Below, in pieces: positions 45,459 through 56,806 of a stretch of 64,000 nucleotides of DNA. Source of the stretch: Planctomycetota bacterium. GTDB taxonomy: Bacteria; Planctomycetota; GCA-002687715. Location of the stretch: contig NZBC01000036.1 of the NCBI GenBank assembly GCA_002687715.1, forward strand, positions 4,322 to 68,321, in the 5' to 3' direction. The position numbers and the translations under genes are program-made. Numbering within the stretch: the stretch's first letter is position 1; every line of letters starts with the position of its first letter. The notes under the pieces were generated by a model. The model saw only the letters and a program-made list of their open reading frames with translations, did not search any database and was not told the DNA's origin.

Positions 45459-46951
45459 CAGCTGCTACTACCCGCGGGTTCGTACATCCAGTTGCGAAGG
45501 AGCTTGCCGACGGTCCCCACGTCCCGGTGGACCAGCTCCTTGAGCTCGTCCTTGGGGTCGGGGCGGACCTCGAGTTGCCGCCGCTCATCCGTTTCTTCCT
45601 CGGCGATGCGCGCGAGCGCGGAGCCGACGGTCTTCTTGGCCCGGCGGGCGGTCAGAGCGAGGTAGGCGACGAACGCCAGCCCGATCACCCCCGTGATCGA
45701 CCACTTGATGAGCTCCCAGGCGAATCCGGTCTCCCACATCGTCGGTTCGACGGGCGCGGCGGCGGCGATGGGCGCCGCGAAAGGCACGAACTGCACGCCT
45801 CCGAACGTGTCGCCCCGCGCGGAGCGATAACCGACGGCGCCCTTCACGATGCTCTCGATCGCCAGGGTGTGCACTTTCAGCGACTCGTCCGCCAGGACGC
45901 TGACCGCCAGGTTCTTGACCGCCCCGACTTCCTTGATGCGGACCTCCCTTTTCTTGCCGTGCGCATAGGTGATGTCCGTGTCTTCGGTCTTGGACCCGAC
46001 CTCCGAGCCCGCAGCCGTGCCGGCCTGCACTGCGCTCGTGCTCACCGTGCCCTTCCCCAGCGGTTTGGAGTTCTCGGTCGCACGGATCTTCTCCGTCTGG
46101 ACGACCTGCGAATCGGGGAGGAAACCATCGGTCTCGACCCGTACCTGCTCCATGTCGAGTTCCACGTTGCAGCGCACCACGACCTTGTCGCGGCCGAACA
46201 CACGCTCGAGTGCTTCCTCCGCGGCGCCCTGGAGGCGCATGCTGCGGGCCTGGGCAAGGCCGGCGGCGACGGCCACTGGACGGTCGGCGCCTTCCGGGCG
46301 GGCCAGGACCAGACCGCGCGTGTCCGTGACGACGACGCTCTCGGCATCGAGCTCCTTCACCGCGCCGGCGACGAAGCGGACGATCGACTCGACCTGGTGG
46401 GCCGAGATCAGGTGCCCGGGCGTCGGGTCGAGCATGACGGACGCCTTGGCGCCTTGGCTGCCCTCCTTGGTCCAGTGATGCTTGGCGGGCGTGATGTAGA
46501 CCGTTGCGTCCTCGATTCCCTCCTGACGCATGATCGCCATCTCGAGCTCGTCCTGGAGCGCGATCAGACGCTTGAACTCCTGCTGCGACTTGGTCGCCGT
46601 GATATCGAGTCCGAACGCCTTCGCGAACCCTTTGTCGGAGTCGTGCTGGAGCAGATCGTTCTGCACGACGATGGTCTGGACCTCGTTCCAACGATCGAAC
46701 GGGACCTCGATGGTCGAGCCGCCCTCGACGATCCGGTACGGCACGTCGGCATCGTCCAGTTTCGCGAGGACCTTCTGGGCCTCCTTGCGACTGAGCCCGC
46801 TCCCGAGCGTGCGCCACTGCGTGGAGCTGCCCGTGAAGATCGCAACGCAGGAGAACAGCACGATGAGCACGGCCGTCCCGAGGACCAACCCACGCTGGAC
46901 CCTGCTGAGCCGCTGCCAGACCTGCTTCACTTGTGTAACGAACGCGTTCAT
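45458..46951 (-). CDS. fliF: flagellar M-ring protein FliF
   Basis: 497 aa. N-terminal TM (LVLGTAVLIVLFSCVAIF), YscJ/FliF secretin-ring domain, and a second TM near the C-terminus (GVIGLAFVAYLAL). Confidence 0.9.
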   Translation of the reverse strand: MNAFVTQVKQVWQRLSRVQRGLVLGTAVLIVLFSCVAIFTGSSTQWRTLGSGLSRKEAQKVLAKLDDADVPYRIVEGGSTIEVPFDRWNEVQTIVVQNDLLQHDSDKGFAKAFGLDITATKSQQEFKRLIALQDELEMAIMRQEGIEDATVYITPAKHHWTKEGSQGAKASVMLDPTPGHLISAHQVESIVRFVAGAVKELDAESVVVTDTRGLVLARPEGADRPVAVAAGLAQARSMRLQGAAEEALERVFGRDKVVVRCNVELDMEQVRVETDGFLPDSQVVQTEKIRATENSKPLGKGTVSTSAVQAGTAAGSEVGSKTEDTDITYAHGKKREVRIKEVGAVKNLAVSVLADESLKVHTLAIESIVKGAVGYRSARGDTFGGVQFVPFAAPIAAAAPVEPTMWETGFAWELIKWSITGVIGLAFVAYLALTARRAKKTVGSALARIAEEETDERRQLEVRPDPKDELKELVHRDVGTVGKLLRNWMYEPAGSSS

Positions 46952-46964
46952 GCCTCAACCTCGA

Positions 46965-47273
46965 TCAGACCTGAATCCGCATCACTTCCTGGTACGCATC
47001 GACGAGCTTGTTCCGGACTTCGAGCATCATCCGGAAGCTCACATCCGCCCGGTTCATCGCGATCATCACGTCATGCACATCGTCGATCTTGCCGGAGGCG
47101 AAATCGTCGAGCTTCTGGTGCGAAGCCTTGTGCATCTCGTCCGCTTGCTCGAGGAGACCCTCGAGCACCTTGCTGAAGCCCTCGCCGTCGCCCGACTTGT
47201 CCTGCTCTTGTGGCTGCAGCCGCGCCATGTCTTCCGCGATGCGCATCGCGTTCACGTCAATGGGCATGCTCAT
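46965..47273 (-). CDS. fliE: flagellar hook-basal body complex protein FliE
   Basis: 102 aa. C-terminal FliE signature (DVHDVMIAMNRADVSFRMMLEVRNKLVDAYQEVMRIQV). Confidence 0.8.
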   Translation of the reverse strand: MSMPIDVNAMRIAEDMARLQPQEQDKSGDGEGFSKVLEGLLEQADEMHKASHQKLDDFASGKIDDVHDVMIAMNRADVSFRMMLEVRNKLVDAYQEVMRIQV

Positions 47274-47276
47274 GGG

Positions 47277-47690
47277 TTACCTCGCGAGTTCCAGAGCCTG
47301 CTCGGCCATGCGGACCGACATCTGGGCTGCCTGCAGATTCGCCTCGTACGCCCGCGCCGCCGTCATGAGGTCCACCATCTCGAATGTCGGGTTGATGTTC
47401 GGCATCTTCACCATGCCACTGCTGTCAGCGTGGCGATGCCCGGGCTGGTACTTCTCGAGATGCGGCGTCTTGGTGTCGTCGACGATCTCGGCGACCCGCA
47501 CTCCCCCGCGCATCTCACCGTCGAGGACGGTCTCGAATACGGCGAGCTGACGTTTGTAGGGCGTGCCGTCGCCGCGGTTCGTATCGTGAGCGTGCGCGAG
47601 ATTCGTCGCGATCAGGCCCATGCGAACCCGCTCGGCAAGCAAGCCGCTGGCGCTGATCGACAGTCCGCGAAGTACGTTGTTGAGGTCCAT
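47277..47690 (-). CDS. flgC: flagellar basal-body rod protein FlgC
   Basis: 137 aa. N-terminal rod motif (ISASGLLAERVRMGLIATNLAHAHD) and C-terminal VDLMTAARAYEANLQAAQ. Confidence 0.85.
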   Translation of the reverse strand: MDLNNVLRGLSISASGLLAERVRMGLIATNLAHAHDTNRGDGTPYKRQLAVFETVLDGEMRGGVRVAEIVDDTKTPHLEKYQPGHRHADSSGMVKMPNINPTFEMVDLMTAARAYEANLQAAQMSVRMAEQALELAR

Positions 47691-47735
47691 CTCTCTCTCA
47701 ATCTGAGGCCGTGGTGAGCCTCGAGCTGACCATGA

Positions 47736-48055
47736 CTACTGGCTACGACCCGCGATGGCCGCGCGAGTGGTCCGCGTTTCGGAGGCCATGGCCTGCAGGA
47801 ACAGGCGGTACACGAGCGCGTTCTTGCGCATCTCCGCGTTCTCGATCTCGAGCACGACAGTGTTGCCGTCCTGGCGCGGGTTGATCCCCTGCCTTTCTTC
47901 CATGACGGCGGACTCCAGCGCTTCGTCGAACCGCAAGGTCTTCGCCTTGAAGCCCGGCGTGTTCAGGTTCGCGAGATTGCGTTGGATCACTCGATGCTGC
48001 TCAGACGTGAAGTCCAGCGCAGCGAGGATCTTCGAACTCTGTGGTCCTAGTGGGC

Positions 48056-48059
<4 letters not shown>
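47736..48059 (-). CDS. flgB: flagellar basal-body rod protein FlgB
   Basis: Start re-assigned to MSPLGPQSSKILAALDFTSEQHRVIQRNLANLNTPGFKAK (ATG 48059-48057, ATGA overlap with the response-regulator stop). 107 aa. Confidence 0.8.
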
Positions 48060-49422
<1,363 letters not shown>

Positions 49423-49426
<4 letters not shown>

Positions 49427-50700
49427 GACGTTACTCCAGGCGAACGGATCGGTAGCACGACCGTCAACCGCGCGCCTCCAATCGGGGCGGTCTCAGCGAT
49501 GATGGAGCCGCCATGGAGCTCGACGAACTTGCGGGAGAGCGCGAGTCCCAGTCCGGTGCCTTCGGCCTTCGTGGTCGTGAACGGCCGGAAGAGGCGCCCG
49601 CGCAGGTCGGTCGGGATGCCCGGTCCATCATCGTCCACGGTGATGCGAAGACGGTTGCCCTCGCGACGTGCGCCGATCATCACTCGCCCGTCTTCTCCGG
49701 TCGCCTCCATGCCGTTGCGGACGAGGTTCCCCAGCGCCAGCTTCAGCTTGAGACGATCGCACTCGATCTCGGTCCCGCTGGTGTGGTCAACCACCTCCAC
49801 CGCGGCCCGCGGCATTCCCGTCGGCTCCTCGGCGGCGGCCGCGACCTCACCGAGCAGGGCGCTCACAGTCACGGGGTCCATCCGCGCGCGCTCGGGCCGT
49901 GCCCACAGCAGCAGGTTGGAGATGATCCCGTTGACCTCCGCCACACCCTTGCGAATGCGGTCGGCGTAGCGCAGCAGTTGTGACTTCGAGGCGGCCTCGA
50001 TGCCCTCGAGACTCTCCCCCTCACCCCGCAGGGCCTTGGCGAGCAGCCCCGCGAATCCCTCGACCCCGTTCATCGGGTTGCGAATCTCGTGCGCAACGCC
50101 CGCGGCCATCTCTCCGAGCTCGGCCAGCGTGTCGAGACGCGTGACCTGTGAGCGCAGATGCGCGACCTCGGTCTGATCCGACAGGATCTCGAGGCGTCCG
50201 CCATCAGGGAGGTCCGCGACGGACCCAGACAGAAAGCGCTCTGATCCGTCCAGGCAACAGACGAGCCGTTCCACGACGGTTCCCGACCGGACCTCGCTCC
50301 TCCCAAGCAGCAGGATCGAGGTACCGCGATGATCGAGCAGCGTGCGCGCGTCACGACCGCTGACCTCGTGCGACGGACGTCCGATGATCCGCTCGGCTGC
50401 AGGGTTCAGCCGCGTGATCGTGCCCTCTCCGTCACACGCCACGACCCCGCAGGGGATCGCGTCGAGGATGCCGTTCAGCTCCCCCGTGACGCTCTTGAGC
50501 TCTGAGACCTTGTTCAGCAGCCGTCCGTTGGCCGCGGACAAGCGACCATCCACGCCGGCGGCGCGGTCCTCGAGCCGCGAGTACGCGCGCTCGAGACTGC
50601 GGGTCACCTGGTTGAACACCCGGAAGCTCTCTTGGAGATTCGTCGCTTCGTTCACCGGCATTGTCGGGCCGACCTCTCGTTCTGGTGCCACGCCGTTCAT
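49423..50700 (-). CDS. PAS-domain sensor histidine kinase (FleS/FlgS-like)
   Basis: Start at ATG 50700-50698 (MNGVAPE), ATGA overlap with the upstream TPR gene. Alternative start MPVNE at 50661. PAS (ILDAIPCGVVACDGEGTI), HisKA H-box (AAGVAHEIRNPMN) and HATPase_c (GTGLGLALSRKFVELHGG). Confidence 0.85.
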
Positions 50701-51530
50701 GTGGTTCCCTTTCCCCCCGCGAGCAGCTTGCGGATGCGTTCTCTCTGCTTGCCGAGGTCGAGGCTCCACTTCGCCTGGTTGCCCCAGTGCCCCTGCGGGT
50801 CGTCGCCCTGGGTCGCGACGTAGAGTTCCTCGGCTTCCTTCCACCGCCCGAGCTTGTCGTGGCAGCGAGCCATGCGGAACGTGATTTCGGCTGTGCGCTC
50901 CTTCGCCAACACCCGCTGGAACGCCTTGAGCGCGCCCGCGTAGTCCTCGGCGAAATACAGCGCCTTCGCGAGCGCGACCTTGTCAACGGCATCAGCGATG
51001 CGTTCTTCAGACCCGACCCCCGACTTCGGCGGCTCGGGGACTTCGAGTGCCACGTCGAGCGCGGCGGCGCCGAAACGGGTCGGACGGCGCACCTTCGCGA
51101 TCTCTCCCCGAGAACGCTCGTTGGCGAGGCGAGTCCGACGCGCCCGGAGAAGGCGCTCCTTGGCCTGCAGCTCCGCGACCTGGGTTTCCTCCTGCTTCAA
51201 GGACGACTCGGAGGCGCCAGCGTCGAGCCGCTGTTTCAAGACCTCGGGCATGTCGACGATGATGCCGCGCTCCAGCGCCGACTGCAGATTCTCGAGGTGA
51301 CGGATCTCCTCTTCGGTCTCGGCAAGACGCGCCTCCATCACCTTGACCTTCGACTTGTCCGCGGACTTCAGCATGACGCCGATGTCCCCGAAGATCTCCT
51401 GCAACGTCGGAGGCGATTCCTGGTTGCCCCCCAACTCGTCCAGGATGTTCCAGATGGCGCCTCCGGGTCGCTGGGCAGGCGCGGTCGCCGCCAGGATTCC
51501 CGTCAGCATCATCATTGCCGCACGTCTCAT
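50697..51530 (-). CDS. secreted coiled-coil/TPR-like protein (candidate flagellar accessory protein)
   Basis: Start re-assigned to MRRAAMMMLTGILAATAPAQ (signal peptide, GGAGGAAG Shine-Dalgarno). 277 aa with a long coiled coil and a C-terminal TPR-like region. Embedded in the flagellar operon. Confidence 0.5.
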   Translation of the reverse strand: MRRAAMMMLTGILAATAPAQRPGGAIWNILDELGGNQESPPTLQEIFGDIGVMLKSADKSKVKVMEARLAETEEEIRHLENLQSALERGIIVDMPEVLKQRLDAGASESSLKQEETQVAELQAKERLLRARRTRLANERSRGEIAKVRRPTRFGAAALDVALEVPEPPKSGVGSEERIADAVDKVALAKALYFAEDYAGALKAFQRVLAKERTAEITFRMARCHDKLGRWKEAEELYVATQGDDPQGHWGNQAKWSLDLGKQRERIRKLLAGGKGTT

Positions 51531-53107
51531 CCGTCTTCCTCCGGTGCCTGGCCGGACTTCCCGTCGTCCGGGGTCTTCCCCGCGTCCGTTGTCTTGTTGC
51601 GTCGGGTGCCAAACGCAAGCGCCGCCTTCGCGTAGTCGCCGAGCTGCATGTAGCAGCGACCGCGCAGCCGCGCTATCTCGTCGTGATCCACGCCGTCCGC
51701 TGCAGCCGGGATCTTCTCGAGCAGGGTGATCGCCTCGCGATTGCGCCCAAGGCCGATCTCGCAGCGCGCGAGCAGGACCGTGGCCCATGGCATCCGGTCC
51801 GGCCGTAGCGCGAGGTGGCGATAGATCTCCCGCGCCTCGTCGAATGCGTGACGCGCGAACAGGATGGACGCGGTCTCGCGCAAGATGTGGAACTCCACGC
51901 CGGTGAGGTCACCCGCACCGCACGCGACCGCGGCCTGGTCATACGCCTCCATGGCGCGTTGGCCGAGGCCGAGCTGAGTGTAGATCTCCGCCTGCATGAG
52001 ACGCGCCTCCACGAGATGCCGTCCGGTCGGCTTCTCGTTCAGCGCGATCTGTACGTTCTGAAGTGCCGCGATCCGGCGCTTGAGGTGGATACACGCCTGC
52101 GCAAGCGCGAGCGCAGCGCGGACGCGCACAACCCGGTCGGGTGTGAGCAGGCAGCGCTGCAATCGGGACAGGGCGCGCTCGTGCGCGCCCTCGAGCATCA
52201 GGCACATTCCTTCGAACAGTGGCGCCAACGCTCCGAGGTCCTCGAACTCCCGGCGCATGTCGATCGTGAATCCCTCGAGCGCATCGCTGGCCTGCTTGCC
52301 CTTGCCCTGGACATACCAGAACTCGGCATGCACGAGGCTCCCCAGCGCACGCAGGCGACTGGACGGCGCTTTCCTCATGACCCGCGCGAGGATGGGTGGC
52401 ACGGGCGACCACTCCTTGCGCTTCATGAAGAGACGGACCTGGAGCAGCCACGCCTCCATGACCTCGTTGCTGCCGTCGTACTGCTGGATGATCCGCTGCA
52501 GGTACGATTCTCCTCGCGGCTCGTCGCCCGACCGAAGCAGACACGAGGCGGCAAGCAACAGCGCTCGAGGCGCGCGTTCGTCATCTTTCGCCACCGTCGC
52601 GAACCGCTCGAAGTGGCCCACGGCCTTGCCATACTCGTTGGCGGCGAGGTGGAGCAGTCCGATCTTCCACAAGTGCTCGGGGTCACCTTTCAACGACGCA
52701 TTGCGGCGCGCAGCCAGCGCACCCAGACGGGCCCACTCCTTTGCTTCGTCGCTGCCTTCCGCCGGCTCCGGCCGCACGACGATGTGTCCGTCCTCGACGC
52801 GCCCTTCGAGTCCGACCGCGCCCGCCAGATGCGACACCAGGTCGGCAAGCGGCATCTCCACGACCTGCACGGGAACGACCTGACCCTCCATGATCACGGG
52901 CGAGCCAGGCAGGAATCGGAGCTCGACGTCGAGCCGCGCTCCAAGCTGCACCAGGACCTCGCGAATCGGCGTCGCGCGGGTCAGCAGGTCGATGAGGATG
53001 ACGCGACCCCTGCGGTGAATCGTGATGTCGAGAACGGGAGTCTGTGCCGGTGCTTCCGGCAACGCAGAGACGAACACGATGATCCCGATCAAGGCGCGTC
53101 TCACCAT
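51527..53107 (-). CDS. secreted TPR-repeat protein (candidate periplasmic flagellar scaffold, PflA/PflB-like)
   Basis: Start re-assigned to MVRRALIGIIVFVSALPEAPAQTP (signal peptide). 526 aa with multiple TPR-like helical repeats. Overlapping starts and stops with neighbours in the flagellar operon. Confidence 0.55.
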   Translation of the reverse strand: MVRRALIGIIVFVSALPEAPAQTPVLDITIHRRGRVILIDLLTRATPIREVLVQLGARLDVELRFLPGSPVIMEGQVVPVQVVEMPLADLVSHLAGAVGLEGRVEDGHIVVRPEPAEGSDEAKEWARLGALAARRNASLKGDPEHLWKIGLLHLAANEYGKAVGHFERFATVAKDDERAPRALLLAASCLLRSGDEPRGESYLQRIIQQYDGSNEVMEAWLLQVRLFMKRKEWSPVPPILARVMRKAPSSRLRALGSLVHAEFWYVQGKGKQASDALEGFTIDMRREFEDLGALAPLFEGMCLMLEGAHERALSRLQRCLLTPDRVVRVRAALALAQACIHLKRRIAALQNVQIALNEKPTGRHLVEARLMQAEIYTQLGLGQRAMEAYDQAAVACGAGDLTGVEFHILRETASILFARHAFDEAREIYRHLALRPDRMPWATVLLARCEIGLGRNREAITLLEKIPAAADGVDHDEIARLRGRCYMQLGDYAKAALAFGTRRNKTTDAGKTPDDGKSGQAPEEDG

Positions 53108-53862
53108 CCGGCTCCCTGGAAGAGCACCGGCTCCGGCAACGCGTCGAGCGCGCGACCGTTCAGCTGGGTCTGAAACTCGACCTCGAAGCTCTGAGCGAGG
53201 CGGCGCTGCGCCTCCAGAACGAGCTCCGGTTCGGGAGCGTCCATCTGACCTCCACCGAGAGCGATGAGGTGAAGACGACGACGCGCGGCCCGGGCCCGGC
53301 CGGCCTGGAGGTCCTCTGCCGCCAGATCGAAGATCGCGAGTCCCTTGTCGGACAGACCGCTGAGGTGCTTCGCCACCTGGTCGCGGTACAGGGCGGCCGC
53401 GGACATCTGACCGAGGTGGTGGCACGCTTTGGCCATGGCGCGGCACAGATCGGCTCGCAGCCGACGCTGTCGCGGCTCCGCGGCGATGAGTCCGTCGCCG
53501 AGGAGACGCTGCGCCTCGCTGAAGCGGCCGTCTTCCATGGCTGCCCGCCCCAGGTCGAGGTACTCGGACGCCCCCAGATTCGTCGGCGCGGCCGGTTTCG
53601 GCTCCGTCGGCGTGACGACTTCGGGCTGCGTCGAGGCCGGCCCCGGCTCAGGCTCTGCGTCGGTCAGAGAGGAGCCAAGCCCGACCCAGAGGAGGACAGC
53701 GGTCGCCGTGCCCGCGCCGATGAGGATCCACTCGTTCCTCAGGAACGCGACGACGGCGGCGATCTTCGTGAGCTCCGACGACGACGCGACGTCCGCCTCG
53801 GCAGCGTCCGCACCGGCATCCGCCTGCTCCGTCTGGCGCTTGGTCAGAGTGTCTTGGGTCAT
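53101..53862 (-). CDS. membrane-anchored hypothetical protein with TPR-like C-terminal domain (first gene of sigma54 flagellar operon)
   Basis: ATG 53862-53860 (MTQDTLTKR). The track start is a TTG 18 nt upstream. Single TM (WILIGAGTATAVLLWVGLG), Pro-rich linker, helical C-terminus. Confidence 0.45.
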   Translation of the reverse strand: MTQDTLTKRQTEQADAGADAAEADVASSSELTKIAAVVAFLRNEWILIGAGTATAVLLWVGLGSSLTDAEPEPGPASTQPEVVTPTEPKPAAPTNLGASEYLDLGRAAMEDGRFSEAQRLLGDGLIAAEPRQRRLRADLCRAMAKACHHLGQMSAAALYRDQVAKHLSGLSDKGLAIFDLAAEDLQAGRARAARRRLHLIALGGGQMDAPEPELVLEAQRRLAQSFEVEFQTQLNGRALDALPEPVLFQGAGW

Positions 53863-53913
53863 GGTTGCGAAAACCGTCAATGCCGGTTGTTCCCCGGCCT
53901 AGATCCCCAGAAC

Positions 53914-53928
53914 GCAAGGCCCGTGCCC
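53914..53928 (-). promoter_or_regulatory. sigma54 (RpoN) promoter, -24/-12: GGGCAC-N5-TTGCG
   Basis: The minus strand reads cGGGCACgggccTTGCg with exact GG-N10-GC spacing of the TGGCAC-N5-TTGC consensus. It lies 35-50 nt upstream of the operon's first start codon and is flanked upstream by an intrinsic terminator. Confidence 0.55.
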
Positions 53929-53962
53929 GAACGCTGAGTGACGGCGATCTCCACAGGATCAC

Positions 53963-53990
53963 TGAAAAGAGGACCCGTTCGGGTCCTCTT
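53963..53990 (-). terminator. intrinsic terminator of the upstream sigma54-activator gene (AAGAGGACCC-GAAC-GGGTCCTCTT + UUUU)
   Basis: Perfect 10-bp inverted repeat. On the minus strand it is followed by TTTTCAGT, 45 nt after the stop at 54035. Confidence 0.6.
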
Positions 53991-54034
53991 GGTCGATCTC
54001 GCCGCGATGCGCGACGCAGAGCGGTGTCCGTGGG

Positions 54035-55441
<1,407 letters not shown>

Positions 55442-55456
55442 GGAGACTTCCCGGAT

Positions 55457-55472
55457 TGGCACGACAGTGGCA
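55457..55472 (+). promoter_or_regulatory. candidate sigma54 promoter (TGGCAC-N5-TGGCA) upstream of fliC
   Basis: TGGCACgacagTgGCA has correct GG/GC spacing with one mismatch at -14. It lies ~290 nt upstream of the fliC ATG on the coding strand. No sigma28-like element was seen near fliC. Confidence 0.3.
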
Positions 55473-55759
55473 CGGGCCACGCTGTGCGATCTCTCTTCTC
55501 GAACTGGACGGTTCGGCGTCACGATGATGCCACCCCACGTATCGTCAAATCCGACAGCTGACTGAAAACAAATCACTCGTGCACCTTTGTCCCCTGTGGG
55601 CCGCCGCAACTTGGGACGTGGGCGCCTGTTTCCTCAGCACCCGGTGCATTTCGCCACCTTGATCTCAAGTTCGGCCCCAGTCGACCTACAAGACCTGTGA
55701 CGAGCGGCGAACCGTGGACGACGCACCGCGACCCTCGCAGGACGCTCCGGGAGGAACTC

Positions 55760-56590
55760 ATGGGACTCAGGGTAAACACCAACGTCTCCTCGCTGACTGC
55801 TCAGCGAAGCCTTGCACGGGCTACGGAAAACTTGAACCGCAACTTCCGCCACCTCAGCACCGGACTCCGGGTGGCCACGGCCGCCGACGACGCCGCCGGA
55901 CTCGCCATCTCGGAACGACTCCGGGCCAGGATCCGCTCGCTGGATCAGGCCGCTCGGAACGCCCAGGACGGCATCAGTCTCGTCCAGACGGCAGAGGGCG
56001 CACTCGAGCAGGTCAACTCGAACCTCATTCGGATGCGGGAGCTCTCGATCCAGGCGAGCAACGGCACGGTTTCGAACGCCGATCGGGATACTCTGGATGA
56101 GGAATTCCAGGCGCTGATCAACGAGGTCGGACGGATCTCCGGCCAGACGAACTTCAACACGATCCAGTTGCTCGACGGCTCGACGCCAACTCTGACGCTC
56201 CAAGTGGGCGCAGACACGTCGGTGGGTGTCGACACCCTGGCCGTGACACTCGTCGCCGTCACGACATCTGCTTTGACGCTCAGCACGTTGGGCATCGGCT
56301 CCGCCGGTAGCCCGTCACAGGCGATCGCCAACATCGACGCCGCCATCGACGCGGTGAGCACCGCTCGCGGTGGCCTGGGTGCCGTGCAGAACCGTCTCGA
56401 CGGCGTCATCTCAAACCTGCAAGTCTCTTCGGAGAACCTCGCAGCTGCGCAGTCCCGCATCCGGGACGTCGACGTGGCGTCGGAAAGTGCGATGCTCACG
56501 AAGAACACCATCCTCCAGCAGGCTGCGATCTCCGTACTCGCCCAGGCGAACGTACAACCGCAAGCCACGCTGTCCCTGCTGCAGGGTTAG
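55760..56590 (+). CDS. fliC: flagellin
   Basis: Start MGLRVNTNVSSLTAQR (GGGAGGAA Shine-Dalgarno). Conserved flagellin N-terminus and C-terminus (ILQQAAISVLAQANVQPQATLSLLQG). Short variable region (276 aa). Confidence 0.9.
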   Translation: MGLRVNTNVSSLTAQRSLARATENLNRNFRHLSTGLRVATAADDAAGLAISERLRARIRSLDQAARNAQDGISLVQTAEGALEQVNSNLIRMRELSIQASNGTVSNADRDTLDEEFQALINEVGRISGQTNFNTIQLLDGSTPTLTLQVGADTSVGVDTLAVTLVAVTTSALTLSTLGIGSAGSPSQAIANIDAAIDAVSTARGGLGAVQNRLDGVISNLQVSSENLAAAQSRIRDVDVASESAMLTKNTILQQAAISVLAQANVQPQATLSLLQG

Positions 56591-56608
56591 GAACGCGCTA
56601 CGACGTGA

Positions 56609-56636
56609 GACGGCCGCCACTCGGGTGACGGCCGTC
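56609..56636 (+). terminator. GC hairpin after fliC (GACGGCCG-N12-CGGCCGTC)
   Basis: 8-bp stem 19 nt after the fliC stop. No U-tract. Confidence 0.4.
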
Positions 56637-56684
56637 CATTCACACCGAGTCAGGCGGGTTTTGAAGGGAAGGGGGAGAGTCACG

Positions 56685-56783
56685 ATGAACGCAAGCAACT
56701 CAATCTCGCCCGTCTTCGACAAAGTCGCCTCTCGAGGTGGTGTGTGCATCCAGCCCTCGTCGATAGTCCAGGAGGCTGCCTGA
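56685..56783 (+). CDS. 32-aa micro-ORF with very strong RBS between fliC and fliD (possible FlaG-like remnant / small flagellar protein)
   Basis: AAGGGGGAGAG Shine-Dalgarno 6 nt before ATG 56685. Encodes MNASNSISPVFDKVASRGGVCIQPSSIVQEAA. It ends 23 nt before the fliD start. Confidence 0.3.
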   Translation: MNASNSISPVFDKVASRGGVCIQPSSIVQEAA

Positions 56784-56806
56784 GTACAGGCAACGGAGAA
56801 CGCCCC

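Noticed and set aside
45527-47176. 549-aa plus-strand ORF and the 457-aa ORF at 45585..46958 (-)
   Set aside because: Both overlap fliF in other frames or on the other strand. FliF has clear family signatures, whereas these are Arg/Gly-rich.
55468-55490. Second TGGCAC (TGGCACGGGCCACGC) as an additional sigma54 promoter
   Set aside because: The -12 region (ACGC) lacks the TTGC/GC element at correct spacing.
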